Part shown: piece after piece, positions 32,833 to 40,984 of the stretch | Position numbering within the stretch: position 1 is the first letter of the stretch | Layout of the letters: each line of letters starts with the position of its first letter | IMG/VR virus record: IMGVR_UViG_3300019458_000015 | Span: 1-40,984 of that record | Reading direction: 5' to 3' (one strand) | DNA length: 40,984 bases | From: a virus | Notes under the pieces: generated by a model | Databases searched by the model: none | What the model saw: the letters and a program-made list of their open reading frames with translations, nothing else | Told to the model about the DNA's origin: nothing | Made by a program: the position numbers and the translations under genes

Positions 32833-33305
32833 CTCGAATGGTAGCCCGCTGCCACGTCATCGGCGTGCCAGCGGCCGTCACCCTCGCTCTCGCGGCGGAC
32901 CGCCTCGTGGTAGTATTCGGCGCCGTCGCGGATCTGCGCGCCGCGCGCCGCCGCCTTCTTCGCTGCCAGGCGGGAGTTGTAGTCCCGGATGCTCTGGACG
33001 GCCCGGAACCGCTCGGCGGCTCGGATGCCCTGGTTGCGCCGCTTCACCAGGTTGATGCAGATGGCGTCCCAATCGAAGGGCGGCCGGAGCAGCACGCCCC
33101 GGTCATCCGTCAGCACGTCGAGAGGCGACCACTGCGGCAAGTTCCGGTCGTCGAGCGCGGGTCGATAGTGCGGCCCCCAGATTTCCCACTGCTGCAGCGC
33201 TCGGTTGAACGCGACGAACAGGGTGCTGTCGACTGCCCGCACGCGCGAGGTGCCGATCCGGGCGTTACTCTCGGACAGGCTCAGCTCAGGCGGCAGATCG
33301 ACCAT
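32823..33305 (-). CDS. Hypothetical protein (160 aa).
   Basis: Complete ORF whose ATG directly follows the upstream TAA. Confidence 0.55.
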   Translation of the reverse strand: MVDLPPELSLSESNARIGTSRVRAVDSTLFVAFNRALQQWEIWGPHYRPALDDRNLPQWSPLDVLTDDRGVLLRPPFDWDAICINLVKRRNQGIRAAERFRAVQSIRDYNSRLAAKKAAARGAQIRDGAEYYHEAVRRESEGDGRWHADDVAAGYHSRWL

Positions 33306-34154
33306 TTAGACGTAGCCGAGGCACCTCTGCGGACCCCATTCCAGCTTGCGCAGGTAGGAGGCACCGCTGCCGGTGCCTTGTCGGCGGCAGATGAAGCTGG
33401 GCACCAGGAAGTCGCCGCTGTCGAAGACGTGGGGGGCCGCGATGGTTGGCGCGTGGAGCACGGCTGGCCGGACGCCGCCGATCTCGAACAGGACGCCGCC
33501 GTTGCTGGACAGGCGGACCGTCAGCTCCTTCGTAGCTCCGTCCGCCCAAGTCAGCAGGCTGTCCGTGGTCGTCACAGCGCCGCTGTTCTTCCTGACCCTC
33601 GTCTGGATCAGGGCCGTGGCTGCTGACGCCACGATGCCCAGGTAGGCAAAGTCGGTGTAGTTGGCGTTGTAATCCAGAGCCGCGTCGACGGCCTGGACCC
33701 TACGGAACCCGCAGATCACGGTGTTCAGGTCCGACACGTCCACCAGGTTCATTGCGAGCCGGATGTAGGCGTCGTCGGTCCCGGCCTTGAAGTGGCCGCC
33801 CGGCACGTCGCTGTCTACTGCGATCAGAGGCGGGTAGAACTCCCAGCCGTCGTCCGTTGCCGGGGTCCCGTTCTCCAGGTCCATCCCGCTAGCACCCTGG
33901 TTGAAGGTCCAGGCCGGGGTCCCTGGGTCGTTGAAGTAGGTCTCAACAACAGAGATTCCGTCTGTGAGCAGGTTGACGGAGTTGTCGGCGCCCCAGGATG
34001 CGGCTGACCCATCCGCCCTGAAGGCCCGAACCGGCTTCTGGAGAAGGTCCAGGTAGAGCGCGTCGTGGTCCATCTTGACCGGGTTGATCTTCCGGTCGAG
34101 GAACGCGCCGACGCGGCGCAGGAAGCTGTCGGTGACGGATCGTTCGGTGATCAT
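33306..34154 (-). CDS. Hypothetical beta-rich protein after the major capsid gene (282 aa; possible decoration or lectin-fold protein).
   Basis: Complete ORF preceded by AGGAGGGG. Function is guessed from position only. Confidence 0.4.
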   Translation of the reverse strand: MITERSVTDSFLRRVGAFLDRKINPVKMDHDALYLDLLQKPVRAFRADGSAASWGADNSVNLLTDGISVVETYFNDPGTPAWTFNQGASGMDLENGTPATDDGWEFYPPLIAVDSDVPGGHFKAGTDDAYIRLAMNLVDVSDLNTVICGFRRVQAVDAALDYNANYTDFAYLGIVASAATALIQTRVRKNSGAVTTTDSLLTWADGATKELTVRLSSNGGVLFEIGGVRPAVLHAPTIAAPHVFDSGDFLVPSFICRRQGTGSGASYLRKLEWGPQRCLGYV

Positions 34155-34176
34155 CTCTTACCCCTCCTGGGGATGA

Positions 34177-34204
34177 CTCCGGGGCCGGTCGGTCGACCCC
34201 GGAG
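34177..34204 (-). terminator. Stem-loop just downstream of the major capsid gene. Possible attenuator, with no U tract.
   Basis: The 8-bp arms CTCCGGGG (34177-34184) and CCCCGGAG (34197-34204) flank a 12-nt loop, in the 71-nt gap after the capsid stop. Confidence 0.3.
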
Positions 34205-34225
34205 CCTTGGCTCGCCCCTCTGGCG

Positions 34226-35494
34226 CTAGGACGAAAGGGCCGTGTAGCTGATGTCGCCCAGCCGGGTATGCATGTTGCACCGCCTGCTGGCGAGGTTCTG
34301 GCCGGTGAAGAGCCTGCTCTCGAAGGCGTGCTTGCGGTCGGTGTTCGCGAGGAACCTGCTGCCGGTCCGGTCTTCCCACTGGATCTCGTCGATCACGAAG
34401 CGGATGAGGTCGCTCGTCCGCAGGAAGAACACGGCGTGGTCGGCGGCGTAGAAGTCGTCGATCCACGGCACCTTGCCGCCGCCTGGCACCGTCCAGGCGA
34501 GGGACTTGTAGCCGTTGTCGAGCGTCATCTCGCTGGCGTCGAACCGACGGTCGGCAGCGATGAAGTCGGCAGCTACCTGGACGACCTCTGGCCTGGAGAT
34601 GATCGCCTGCGGCGGCAGTCCTCCCTGGACCGTGCGGCTCTTCTGGGCCGCCTTGTCCATCAGGTTCCGGCTCCACGGACGCAGGGTGCCACCCGCGTCC
34701 AGGGTGTTGGCCTTGAGCTTGGTGTTCGTGGACCTGGCCAGGTTCTGGAAGGTTCCGACGTAGTCGCCGTCGTCGACGATCCCCAGGAGACCCATCGCTT
34801 CGACACCCCGACTGTCCTCCGAGAAGAGGAAGTCGTCGTTGTCGATGGTGTTGGTGCAGGTCAGGGTGTTGGTGTCGTAGTTGATCGCCGTGATCGCGTT
34901 GCTGTCCGACGAGAGTGCGCCGCCCGACTTGGCCGTGTAGGCGTCCACGACCTGGCCCACTTCCAGGTTGCGGGCGCCGGGGTAGCCGATGCCGGAGCTG
35001 TCCACGTCGGGGCTGGCATACATCACCGGGTTCACCGTGCCGCCACCGGACTTGCACCGCGCCAGCCACCCCGTGCCGTCGCCGAAGGCATACTGGCGGG
35101 CCAGGTTGCGCCGGGTCGCCTCGACGGCGCCGGAGACCTCGGCTTCCAGGCCGCTGGCGAAGGCCGCGCGGTTGCTCTGCGACTGCCGGATGAATTGATG
35201 GGTCAGCTCGATCACGGCGTAGTGCCAGGCCATCGAGACCCGCATCTGCGGGTAGGACCCGGCCTTCGCCGCAGGCAGAGCCGCGTTCTCTCCCCTCGAC
35301 CCGTAGCCCGCCATTAGGGCGCTCCTGGCCCCGATCACGACGGCGCGCCCGTCCCACCCGGACGGGTTGGTGCTGCGCTCGACCAGCGACAGGAACGCCA
35401 GCTCGCGCTCCACCCAGTTCGCCAGCTCGGCGCTGTCGTAAACGTCTTTGAACAGCCCGTCAAGGGCCGATACACTCGCAACTGCATCCGCCAC
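34226..35494 (-). CDS. Major capsid protein (putative, HK97-fold class).
   Basis: A 422-aa ORF directly after the scaffold-like gene. GTG at 35494 lies 1 nt after the scaffold TAA, with GGAGGGGA upstream. The track start at 35530 would overlap the scaffold gene. Confidence 0.6.
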   Translation of the reverse strand: MADAVASVSALDGLFKDVYDSAELANWVERELAFLSLVERSTNPSGWDGRAVVIGARSALMAGYGSRGENAALPAAKAGSYPQMRVSMAWHYAVIELTHQFIRQSQSNRAAFASGLEAEVSGAVEATRRNLARQYAFGDGTGWLARCKSGGGTVNPVMYASPDVDSSGIGYPGARNLEVGQVVDAYTAKSGGALSSDSNAITAINYDTNTLTCTNTIDNDDFLFSEDSRGVEAMGLLGIVDDGDYVGTFQNLARSTNTKLKANTLDAGGTLRPWSRNLMDKAAQKSRTVQGGLPPQAIISRPEVVQVAADFIAADRRFDASEMTLDNGYKSLAWTVPGGGKVPWIDDFYAADHAVFFLRTSDLIRFVIDEIQWEDRTGSRFLANTDRKHAFESRLFTGQNLASRRCNMHTRLGDISYTALSS

Positions 35495-35495
35495 G

Positions 35496-36446
35496 TTAGA
35501 TCCCCTCCGGCACGGCTGACGCCAGGGCACTCATCACCCGCCGCTCCCGCTCTTCGGGGGTCATCTCCCCGAGCGGCTTGCGGTCGAACGGCGCCGGTGT
35601 CCCCCCGCCGATGGCTACCGGCGGAGTGGCGGCGAGGTCCGACTGCTTCTGGGCGGCATAAGTCCCCAGGATCGTCCGATTGTAGTCCTCGAACCCCCCG
35701 AGAAGCTCCCGCGCCACCCCGTCCAGAGTGGCGTCTATGCCCATCTCGCGAGCGATCCCGTAGTTCGCCAGCAAGGCGCGCTTGAGGCCGTTCCCCAACG
35801 CCGGGTTCTCCAGCACTGGGTAGGTGGTCGCAAGTTGCGCCAACTGGGCGGATAGATCGCCCCGGATGCGCTCGACCTCGGCCTGCTGGCCCTGATGCTG
35901 CAGTTCGCGGAAGCTCGCCTGGAACGTCTCGAACTGCTGCTGCTGGTCCCACAGTGCCCGGTGGAGCGCGTAGACCTCGTCGCTCACGGTCAGGGGGTCG
36001 ACCCCCCTCTCGCGCAGAGCGTCGTGGAACTGCTGCTCCGGGTCGATGGTCGCGGGTATCTCGGGAGCCGCCTGCTGCTGGGAGATCGCCCGCTGGAGAA
36101 CCTCCTGCGGGGTCAGGCCCAGCGTCTGGGCGGCTCCCAGGACCGAACCCCACTGCTCCTGCTGCTCCCGCAGGGCATTGCGCTCCTGCAAGACCTCGCT
36201 GAAGCGAGTGTAGTCTACCGGTCCCGGTGCAGGCTCCTGGGCGGCCGGGGCCGGGGGCGTCCCCTCGGATACCGGCGTCTGGGCCTGCGGGGTGACTTCA
36301 GCAGAGACCGCCTCGTCGGCGAGCCCGCTGAGGTCGTAGGTTCCGATGGCTGCCATCCTCCCGGCGGAGGACGAAAGGTCGGAGCCTGTCGAGGATGCCT
36401 GTCCGGGCGCGGCCCCGGACCCTGGGTCTGTCGCTAACTCGGGCAT
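35496..36446 (-). CDS. Scaffolding protein (putative).
   Basis: 316 aa with a low-complexity P/A/S N-terminus, then a Q/E/L-rich helical region, immediately upstream of the capsid gene. Confidence 0.55.
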   Translation of the reverse strand: MPELATDPGSGAAPGQASSTGSDLSSSAGRMAAIGTYDLSGLADEAVSAEVTPQAQTPVSEGTPPAPAAQEPAPGPVDYTRFSEVLQERNALREQQEQWGSVLGAAQTLGLTPQEVLQRAISQQQAAPEIPATIDPEQQFHDALRERGVDPLTVSDEVYALHRALWDQQQQFETFQASFRELQHQGQQAEVERIRGDLSAQLAQLATTYPVLENPALGNGLKRALLANYGIAREMGIDATLDGVARELLGGFEDYNRTILGTYAAQKQSDLAATPPVAIGGGTPAPFDRKPLGEMTPEERERRVMSALASAVPEGI

Positions 36447-36501
36447 CGTCGTGTGGTGGCCGTGTCGTGTGCCAACGTCTTGTCAGCCGGTGCGGCTGAA
36501 T

Positions 36502-36580
36502 TCTCCAGGCGGGGGCTCGAACCCCGAACTGGCGGGAGGAAGCAGCGCCAGCGCCCCAGCGGCGCCGAGAGAACCAGGAG
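36502..36580 (-). ncRNA. tRNA-like element: canonical T-arm and a 6/7 acceptor stem, but a non-canonical D/anticodon region. It is not a callable tRNA.
   Basis: On the - strand: CTCCTGG (36580-36574), TT, ..., CGGGG-TTCGAGC-CCCCG (36526-36510), CCTGGAG (36509-36503), A. The middle hairpin has an 11-nt loop CTGCTTCCTCC. TATAAT lies about 16 nt upstream. Confidence 0.3.
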
Positions 36581-36596
36581 ACACATCCTTGCGGGC

Positions 36597-36627
36597 ATTA
36601 TAGCGCGGCCCTACGTCGTGTAGCCAA
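36597..36627 (-). promoter_or_regulatory. Promoter-like element upstream of the tRNA-like / antisense element.
   Basis: The - strand reads TTGGCT (36627-36622), a 19-nt spacer, then a perfect TATAAT (36602-36597). Confidence 0.3.
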
Positions 36628-36967
36628 GTAGCGTCCCGTTGACCTGCCCGACAGTCACGGACGGCACGTTCAGGGTGATCGCCTCGTTCTCCCCGGCCAC
36701 GATTGGGATCGGGAACATAATCTCCAGCCGTCCGTTGAAGGGGAACGCAGGCGGGATGTAGTCCGTAAAGATCACGCTCGCGGCGCTCTTGATCGTCACG
36801 GTCAAGGCTCCGGCGTTTCCGAGCGCGCCGGTGTGGACGCTCTGGACCACGAACCCGGTCACGACGTGTCGCTGGTTGGCGACGGCCGCCTTGGTCACCG
36901 TGAGGGCGCCGTTGACCGACCCGGCGGCGGTCTCTGACCAGGTGCTCTGGCGCTGGGTGGCTGGCAT
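36611..36967 (-). CDS. Hypothetical beta-rich protein (118 aa), first gene of the late block.
   Basis: Complete ORF about 100 nt downstream of the promoter-like TTGCCG-17-TATAAA. Confidence 0.55.
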   Translation of the reverse strand: MPATQRQSTWSETAAGSVNGALTVTKAAVANQRHVVTGFVVQSVHTGALGNAGALTVTIKSAASVIFTDYIPPAFPFNGRLEIMFPIPIVAGENEAITLNVPSVTVGQVNGTLLGYTT

Positions 36968-37073
36968 CTACCCGCCGTCCGGCATCGAAAGTCTCCTCGC
37001 GAATGGCGGCGAGCCCCAAGATCCTGGGTAGCTGGGTAGCTGGCTGGGGCCCGCCGCCGTCGCGTCCGCAAGA

Positions 37074-37102
37074 TTTATAGCCGCCTCGGGAGGTGTCGGC
37101 AA
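37074..37102 (-). promoter_or_regulatory. Promoter-like element for the late - strand block.
   Basis: The - strand reads TTGCCG (37102-37097), a 17-nt spacer, then TATAAA (37079-37074), about 100 nt upstream of the ATG at 36967. Confidence 0.4.
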
Positions 37103-37246
37103 CTTCCACGCCGAACCTGGCAGTGGCGAGTTTACACGGCGACATCACCGCCGCACCAAGCTCCGGCCGCGAGGCCGGGGAGTACGCTGAAGGGGTCCGC
37201 TCCGGGTGATGTCCGGTGCGGGCCTCTTCTCGTTCCAGGCAACTGA

Positions 37247-38166
<920 letters not shown>

Positions 38167-38170
<4 letters not shown>

Positions 38171-38844
38171 CCGACCACCACTCGCCGATGCGGGTGGCGA
38201 TAGCAGCGGCCCACACAATGCTGGAGGCCGCGCTCGCTAACCCGAAGCCTGCCAGCACCGCGTTATACAACGCCTGGGAGCTGGCGTTTACTGCCGCAGG
38301 GCTGGCGCCGGAAGACGTGACGAAGGCGGCTGGGATTGCGCTGTTGCGCACCAAATTTTTCCCCACGCCCAGCGAGATAGTGGAGTTCGCCCTGGCCGGT
38401 GACGGCGGGATGGAAGCTCGCGCCGAGCACGCGTGGCAAACCGTGTTCAGGCTCGTCCGAACAGTCCACTCGTCGGGGTCACTGGACCTTCAGGACGTGG
38501 AAGGCGACGGGTGCTGTCTGGCTGCTATCGCGCGGATGGGGTGGCAGCGGATCTGCGAGAAACTGCATCAAGACAACGTGTTGCTCTGGAGGTCCGAGTT
38601 CGTTAAGACCTACACTGACTGCGTCCGAACAAACGAGGAGGTCTCTCGGGTCGCCGGTATGTGCGAGCGCGAGAACGCTGGGCGGTTCGACCTGACGGAC
38701 CCGACGTTGATCGGGCGCCCGGATCGCCTCGGGCCACCGCGCCTGAAGCCCGCACTCCCGGAACCCAAGATGACCGATGAGGAGATACAGGCGGCGCTGG
38801 CTGTCGGGAAGGCCCTGGTTGCCGGAGCAGGGTCCGCGCGATGA
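38167..38844 (+). CDS. Hypothetical protein (225 aa), replication-module neighbour.
   Basis: GTG start overlaps the upstream TGA and is preceded by CGGAGACACACCGTC. Confidence 0.55.
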
Positions 38845-39308
38845 GACCCTACGCCGCCAAGACGGACGTCTCCATCGAACGGACACGCGCGGAAATCGAA
38901 CACCTCATCCGCCGCTACGGCGCTACCGGGTTCGGCTACGCCTGGCTGGGCGGTCAGGCGACCATCTTCTTCCAGATGGAAGGCCACACCGTCCGGCTCT
39001 ATCTACCGATGCCCGACCCGGACGACCCGGAGTTCACTCACACCCCATCCAAACTGCTCCGCCGCAGCGATGAAGCGCGAGAGTCCTGCTACACCCAGGC
39101 ATGCCGCGCCCGGTGGCGTGCGCTCTCCCTGGTCCTGAAGGCCAAGCTGGAAGCGATGCAGACCGGAATCACTACCTTCGAAGATGAGTTCCTGGCCGGA
39201 ATCGTCCTGCCTAACCAGCAAACCGTCGGCGCCTGGGCGAAACCCCAGCTACAGGCCGCGCTCGACGCCGGTAAGATGCCAGCCCTGATGCCGGGGTGCG
39301 AACAATGA
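38841..39308 (+). CDS. Hypothetical protein (155 aa).
   Basis: ATGA overlap. Complete ORF. Confidence 0.6.
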   Translation: MRPYAAKTDVSIERTRAEIEHLIRRYGATGFGYAWLGGQATIFFQMEGHTVRLYLPMPDPDDPEFTHTPSKLLRRSDEARESCYTQACRARWRALSLVLKAKLEAMQTGITTFEDEFLAGIVLPNQQTVGAWAKPQLQAALDAGKMPALMPGCEQ

Positions 39309-39475
39309 CACTTCAGCCTCGCGCCTATCCTGTCGTCGAGCTGGCCGATCCGCAGGGCTGCTCGCGCTGCCAGGAGCCGACACGACACCTGCTCAATGAG
39401 GGCACGCGCCTGATCTGCAGGCGCTGCCTCTCCGAGATCCTGACGGCCGACCCGAGGGAGGAATGCGAGCAATGA
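39305..39475 (+). CDS. Small zinc-ribbon protein (56 aa), not in the ORF track.
   Basis: I translated this by hand: MTLQPRAYPVVELADPQGCSRCQEPTRHLLNEGTRLICRRCLSEILTADPREECEQ. ATGA overlaps occur at both ends. Contains CxxC...CxxC. Confidence 0.45.
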   Translation: MTLQPRAYPVVELADPQGCSRCQEPTRHLLNEGTRLICRRCLSEILTADPREECEQ

Positions 39476-39855
39476 CTGACGAGAAGCTAGCCGAGGTCGT
39501 GGCCTCGCTGGAGGGAGCGGTGCTGGCCCGGATGGCGGAGAACATCCCCATCGACCCGGAGGTGTTTGGCGTATACCGCGAAGAGGGTCGTTGGGTGCGT
39601 GCAAACGAGCAGTGCTCAATGTGCTTGGTGGGATCACTCCTATACGGAGAGGATGCGACGGGACCCGGCGGCATCCGCTCGGCCGCCGCTCTTCTCCTCG
39701 GCATCGACCGTAGTGAACTGATCGCGATAGAGTGCGGCTTCATGGCGCAACTAGAGCACTTTGGCACAGCTCTCTACGCCGCCGGACTCGGCATCCGCGA
39801 GCGCACCATCGGACTACCGGAGCAGGGACAGGCTGGCGGAGAACTGCCGCAATGA
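39472..39855 (+). CDS. Hypothetical protein (127 aa).
   Basis: ORF 39463..39855. I prefer the ATG at 39472 because of its ATGA overlap with the preceding small ORF. Confidence 0.55.
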   Translation: MTDEKLAEVVASLEGAVLARMAENIPIDPEVFGVYREEGRWVRANEQCSMCLVGSLLYGEDATGPGGIRSAAALLLGIDRSELIAIECGFMAQLEHFGTALYAAGLGIRERTIGLPEQGQAGGELPQ

Positions 39856-40175
39856 AATCTCCCCTGGTGGACTGCTCCATCTCGGAACCGCTCATCGGCG
39901 TCGAGCGATCGCTGTTCACGGCCGCGCTTATGCGAGCCATGCTAGCCAAGGACGTGACGCCCGAGGAGCGTGCTGACCAGGCGATCAGGCTATACACCAC
40001 CGCGCTGGAAACGAACCGCAAGATACGGGCGTGCCATCAGGCTGCGTGCGAGGCAAAGGAGGAGATGGATAAGGTGATCAGCCAGTGCAAGCACGAGCTG
40101 TCAGTGCATCACTACAGGAGCTGCGCCGAGGACGATGAGTTCAACCGGTGCCTGGCGTGCGGGAAGGCGTTCTAG
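39852..40175 (+). CDS. Hypothetical protein (107 aa).
   Basis: ATGA overlap. C-terminal CLACG. Confidence 0.55.
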   Translation: MKSPLVDCSISEPLIGVERSLFTAALMRAMLAKDVTPEERADQAIRLYTTALETNRKIRACHQAACEAKEEMDKVISQCKHELSVHHYRSCAEDDEFNRCLACGKAF

Positions 40176-40387
40176 TGGCTGAAGTCCACTACTACTGCGT
40201 TACCTGCAACGCGTGGTTGGATGCGAAGACCCGTATCAAGCCCGCGTCCTGCGGCACCCTGGTCCACCCGAAGCCGCGCGGCACCGGCGCCTGCGGCCCC
40301 ATCTCGCGCGTCGAAGTGGAAGAGGACGACACGCTGCCGTGGGAGCCTCGGGTGAGCGGCCGGTATCGAGGAGGAGAACCAGGATGA
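40175..40387 (+). CDS. Hypothetical small Cys-containing protein (70 aa).
   Basis: GTG at 40175 overlaps the upstream TAG. Contains CVTC. Confidence 0.4.
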   Translation: MAEVHYYCVTCNAWLDAKTRIKPASCGTLVHPKPRGTGACGPISRVEVEEDDTLPWEPRVSGRYRGGEPG

Positions 40388-40512
40388 AGATGTTCGATGA
40401 CCCCATCGGCTACATCAGCGACAGTGAGCTGATCGTAGCCATCGCCGCAGCGGACGTGTGGCCGGGGGGGAATAGGTCTAAACAGGTGGTTCGCCAAGCT
40501 GCCGGATGGTAG
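40384..40512 (+). CDS. Hypothetical 42-aa protein.
   Basis: ATGA overlap, preceded by GAGGAGGAGAACCAGG. Confidence 0.4.
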   Translation: MKMFDDPIGYISDSELIVAIAAADVWPGGNRSKQVVRQAAGW

Positions 40513-40546
40513 CTGCATCACCTGACCGAGCGGCGCCGTCCTGGCC

Positions 40547-40777
40547 GTGCGCTATGGATACAGCCCTGACCGCATAGAGCGCCTCGCCGAACGCGAGGAA
40601 GAATACAACGAGACCTTAGTCGCACATCAACTGTGGGGAAACGAGGTCGATACAAGCAGGGCATTGGCCAACGTCGCCGACGCCGTGGGCCTGACGGTCA
40701 GCGACTACCTGCAACTTCTGAACGACAAACCTGCCGAAGTCGCTAGGTTACTCCGGCTTCACCTGGAGGCGGGCTAA
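40547..40777 (+). CDS. Hypothetical protein (76 aa).
   Basis: Complete ORF with a GTG start. Confidence 0.45.
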   Translation: MRYGYSPDRIERLAEREEEYNETLVAHQLWGNEVDTSRALANVADAVGLTVSDYLQLLNDKPAEVARLLRLHLEAG

Positions 40778-40974
40778 TGCCCACCAATGAAGACCGCAAC
40801 CACTGGGAAAGCATCCTAGAGGAGCGGATCAAGGACATCTCGGCGCTGCAGCTTGAGCTGAACAGCGTCATGGCCCGGCTCATCGCCGCCAGAAAGAACC
40901 TGATCAGTTGGATCAGGGTCACGCCATACCCCGAACCAGGGCCGCTGGCCACCGACCGAGAGGATCTCGCCTGA
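40777..40974 (+). CDS. Hypothetical coiled-coil protein (65 aa). Its 3' end lies in the terminal repeat and is coupled to the Topo VIA-like gene.
   Basis: TAATG overlap upstream. Its stop overlaps the ATG equivalent to position 113. Confidence 0.5.
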   Translation: MPTNEDRNHWESILEERIKDISALQLELNSVMARLIAARKNLISWIRVTPYPEPGPLATDREDLA

Positions 40975-40984
40975 TGAAGATTGC
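40862..40984. repeat. Right copy of the 123-bp terminal direct repeat.
   Basis: Identical to 1-123. Confidence 0.95.

Noticed and set aside
36502-36580. A canonical tRNA gene.
   Set aside because: There is no 7-nt anticodon loop (11 nt instead). There are extra nucleotides between the acceptor and the D-like stem. The acceptor has one mismatch, and there is an alternative plain-hairpin fold. It is reported only as tRNA-like.
36968-37246. A + strand sigma70-type promoter for the 37247 operon (TTTACA at 37131-37136), and the tandem GGGTAGCT GGGTAGCT at about 37027-37042 as iterons.
   Set aside because: No acceptable -10 lies at 16-19 nt from TTTACA. The direct repeat has only two 8-bp units. 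This is insufficient to call either feature.

Overview
This window is a complete high-GC tailed-phage genome. Bases 1-123 are identical to 40862-40984, so the unique sequence is 40,861 bp and closes into a circle (assembly overlap or circular permutation).

About 58 tightly packed CDSs are present, most joined by ATGA/TGATG/TAATG/GTGA start-stop overlaps. They form four alternating strand blocks:
- Block i, + strand 37247->40974, continuing 113->1242. It holds a replication-organizer-like protein with an in-frame (GCCAGA)10 microsatellite, many small CxxC proteins, and a stand-alone Spo11/Topo VIA-like (5Y-CAP + Toprim) protein.
- Block ii, - strand 8011->1158. It holds an HTH small-terminase-like protein, the large terminase, the portal, then a lower-GC accessory cassette (TM/coiled-coil, TPR-like, small TM).
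- Block iii, + strand 8559->18601, the early block behind a near-consensus sigma70-type promoter. It holds an acidic first gene, a MoxR-type AAA+ ATPase, a VWA/HExxH protein, a ParB/Srx-like protein, an HTH protein, RecT, a Gam-like protein and RusA.
- Block iv, - strand 36967->18598, the late block. It holds scaffold, major capsid, connector-sized proteins, repeat-rich tail proteins, an 804-aa tail protein and three internal-virion-like proteins (198/534/1648 aa). This is a podovirus-like layout.

By eye I found no rRNA, canonical tRNA, CRISPR, integrase, DNA or RNA polymerase, or recognisable endolysin.

Most interesting observations:
- A family of about 90-nt two-hairpin intergenic elements with covarying stems. 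All copies are in + orientation and are fused to a conserved AGGAGACAC initiation motif.
- A tRNA-like, TATAAT-preceded element on the - strand (36502-36602) whose 5' region is an exact antisense of that motif.
- The stand-alone Topo VIA-like gene.
- The AAA+/VWA/third-gene cassette.
- -10-like hexamers positioned for leaderless transcripts.

Functional calls come from motifs read by eye in the supplied translations. No database search was possible.
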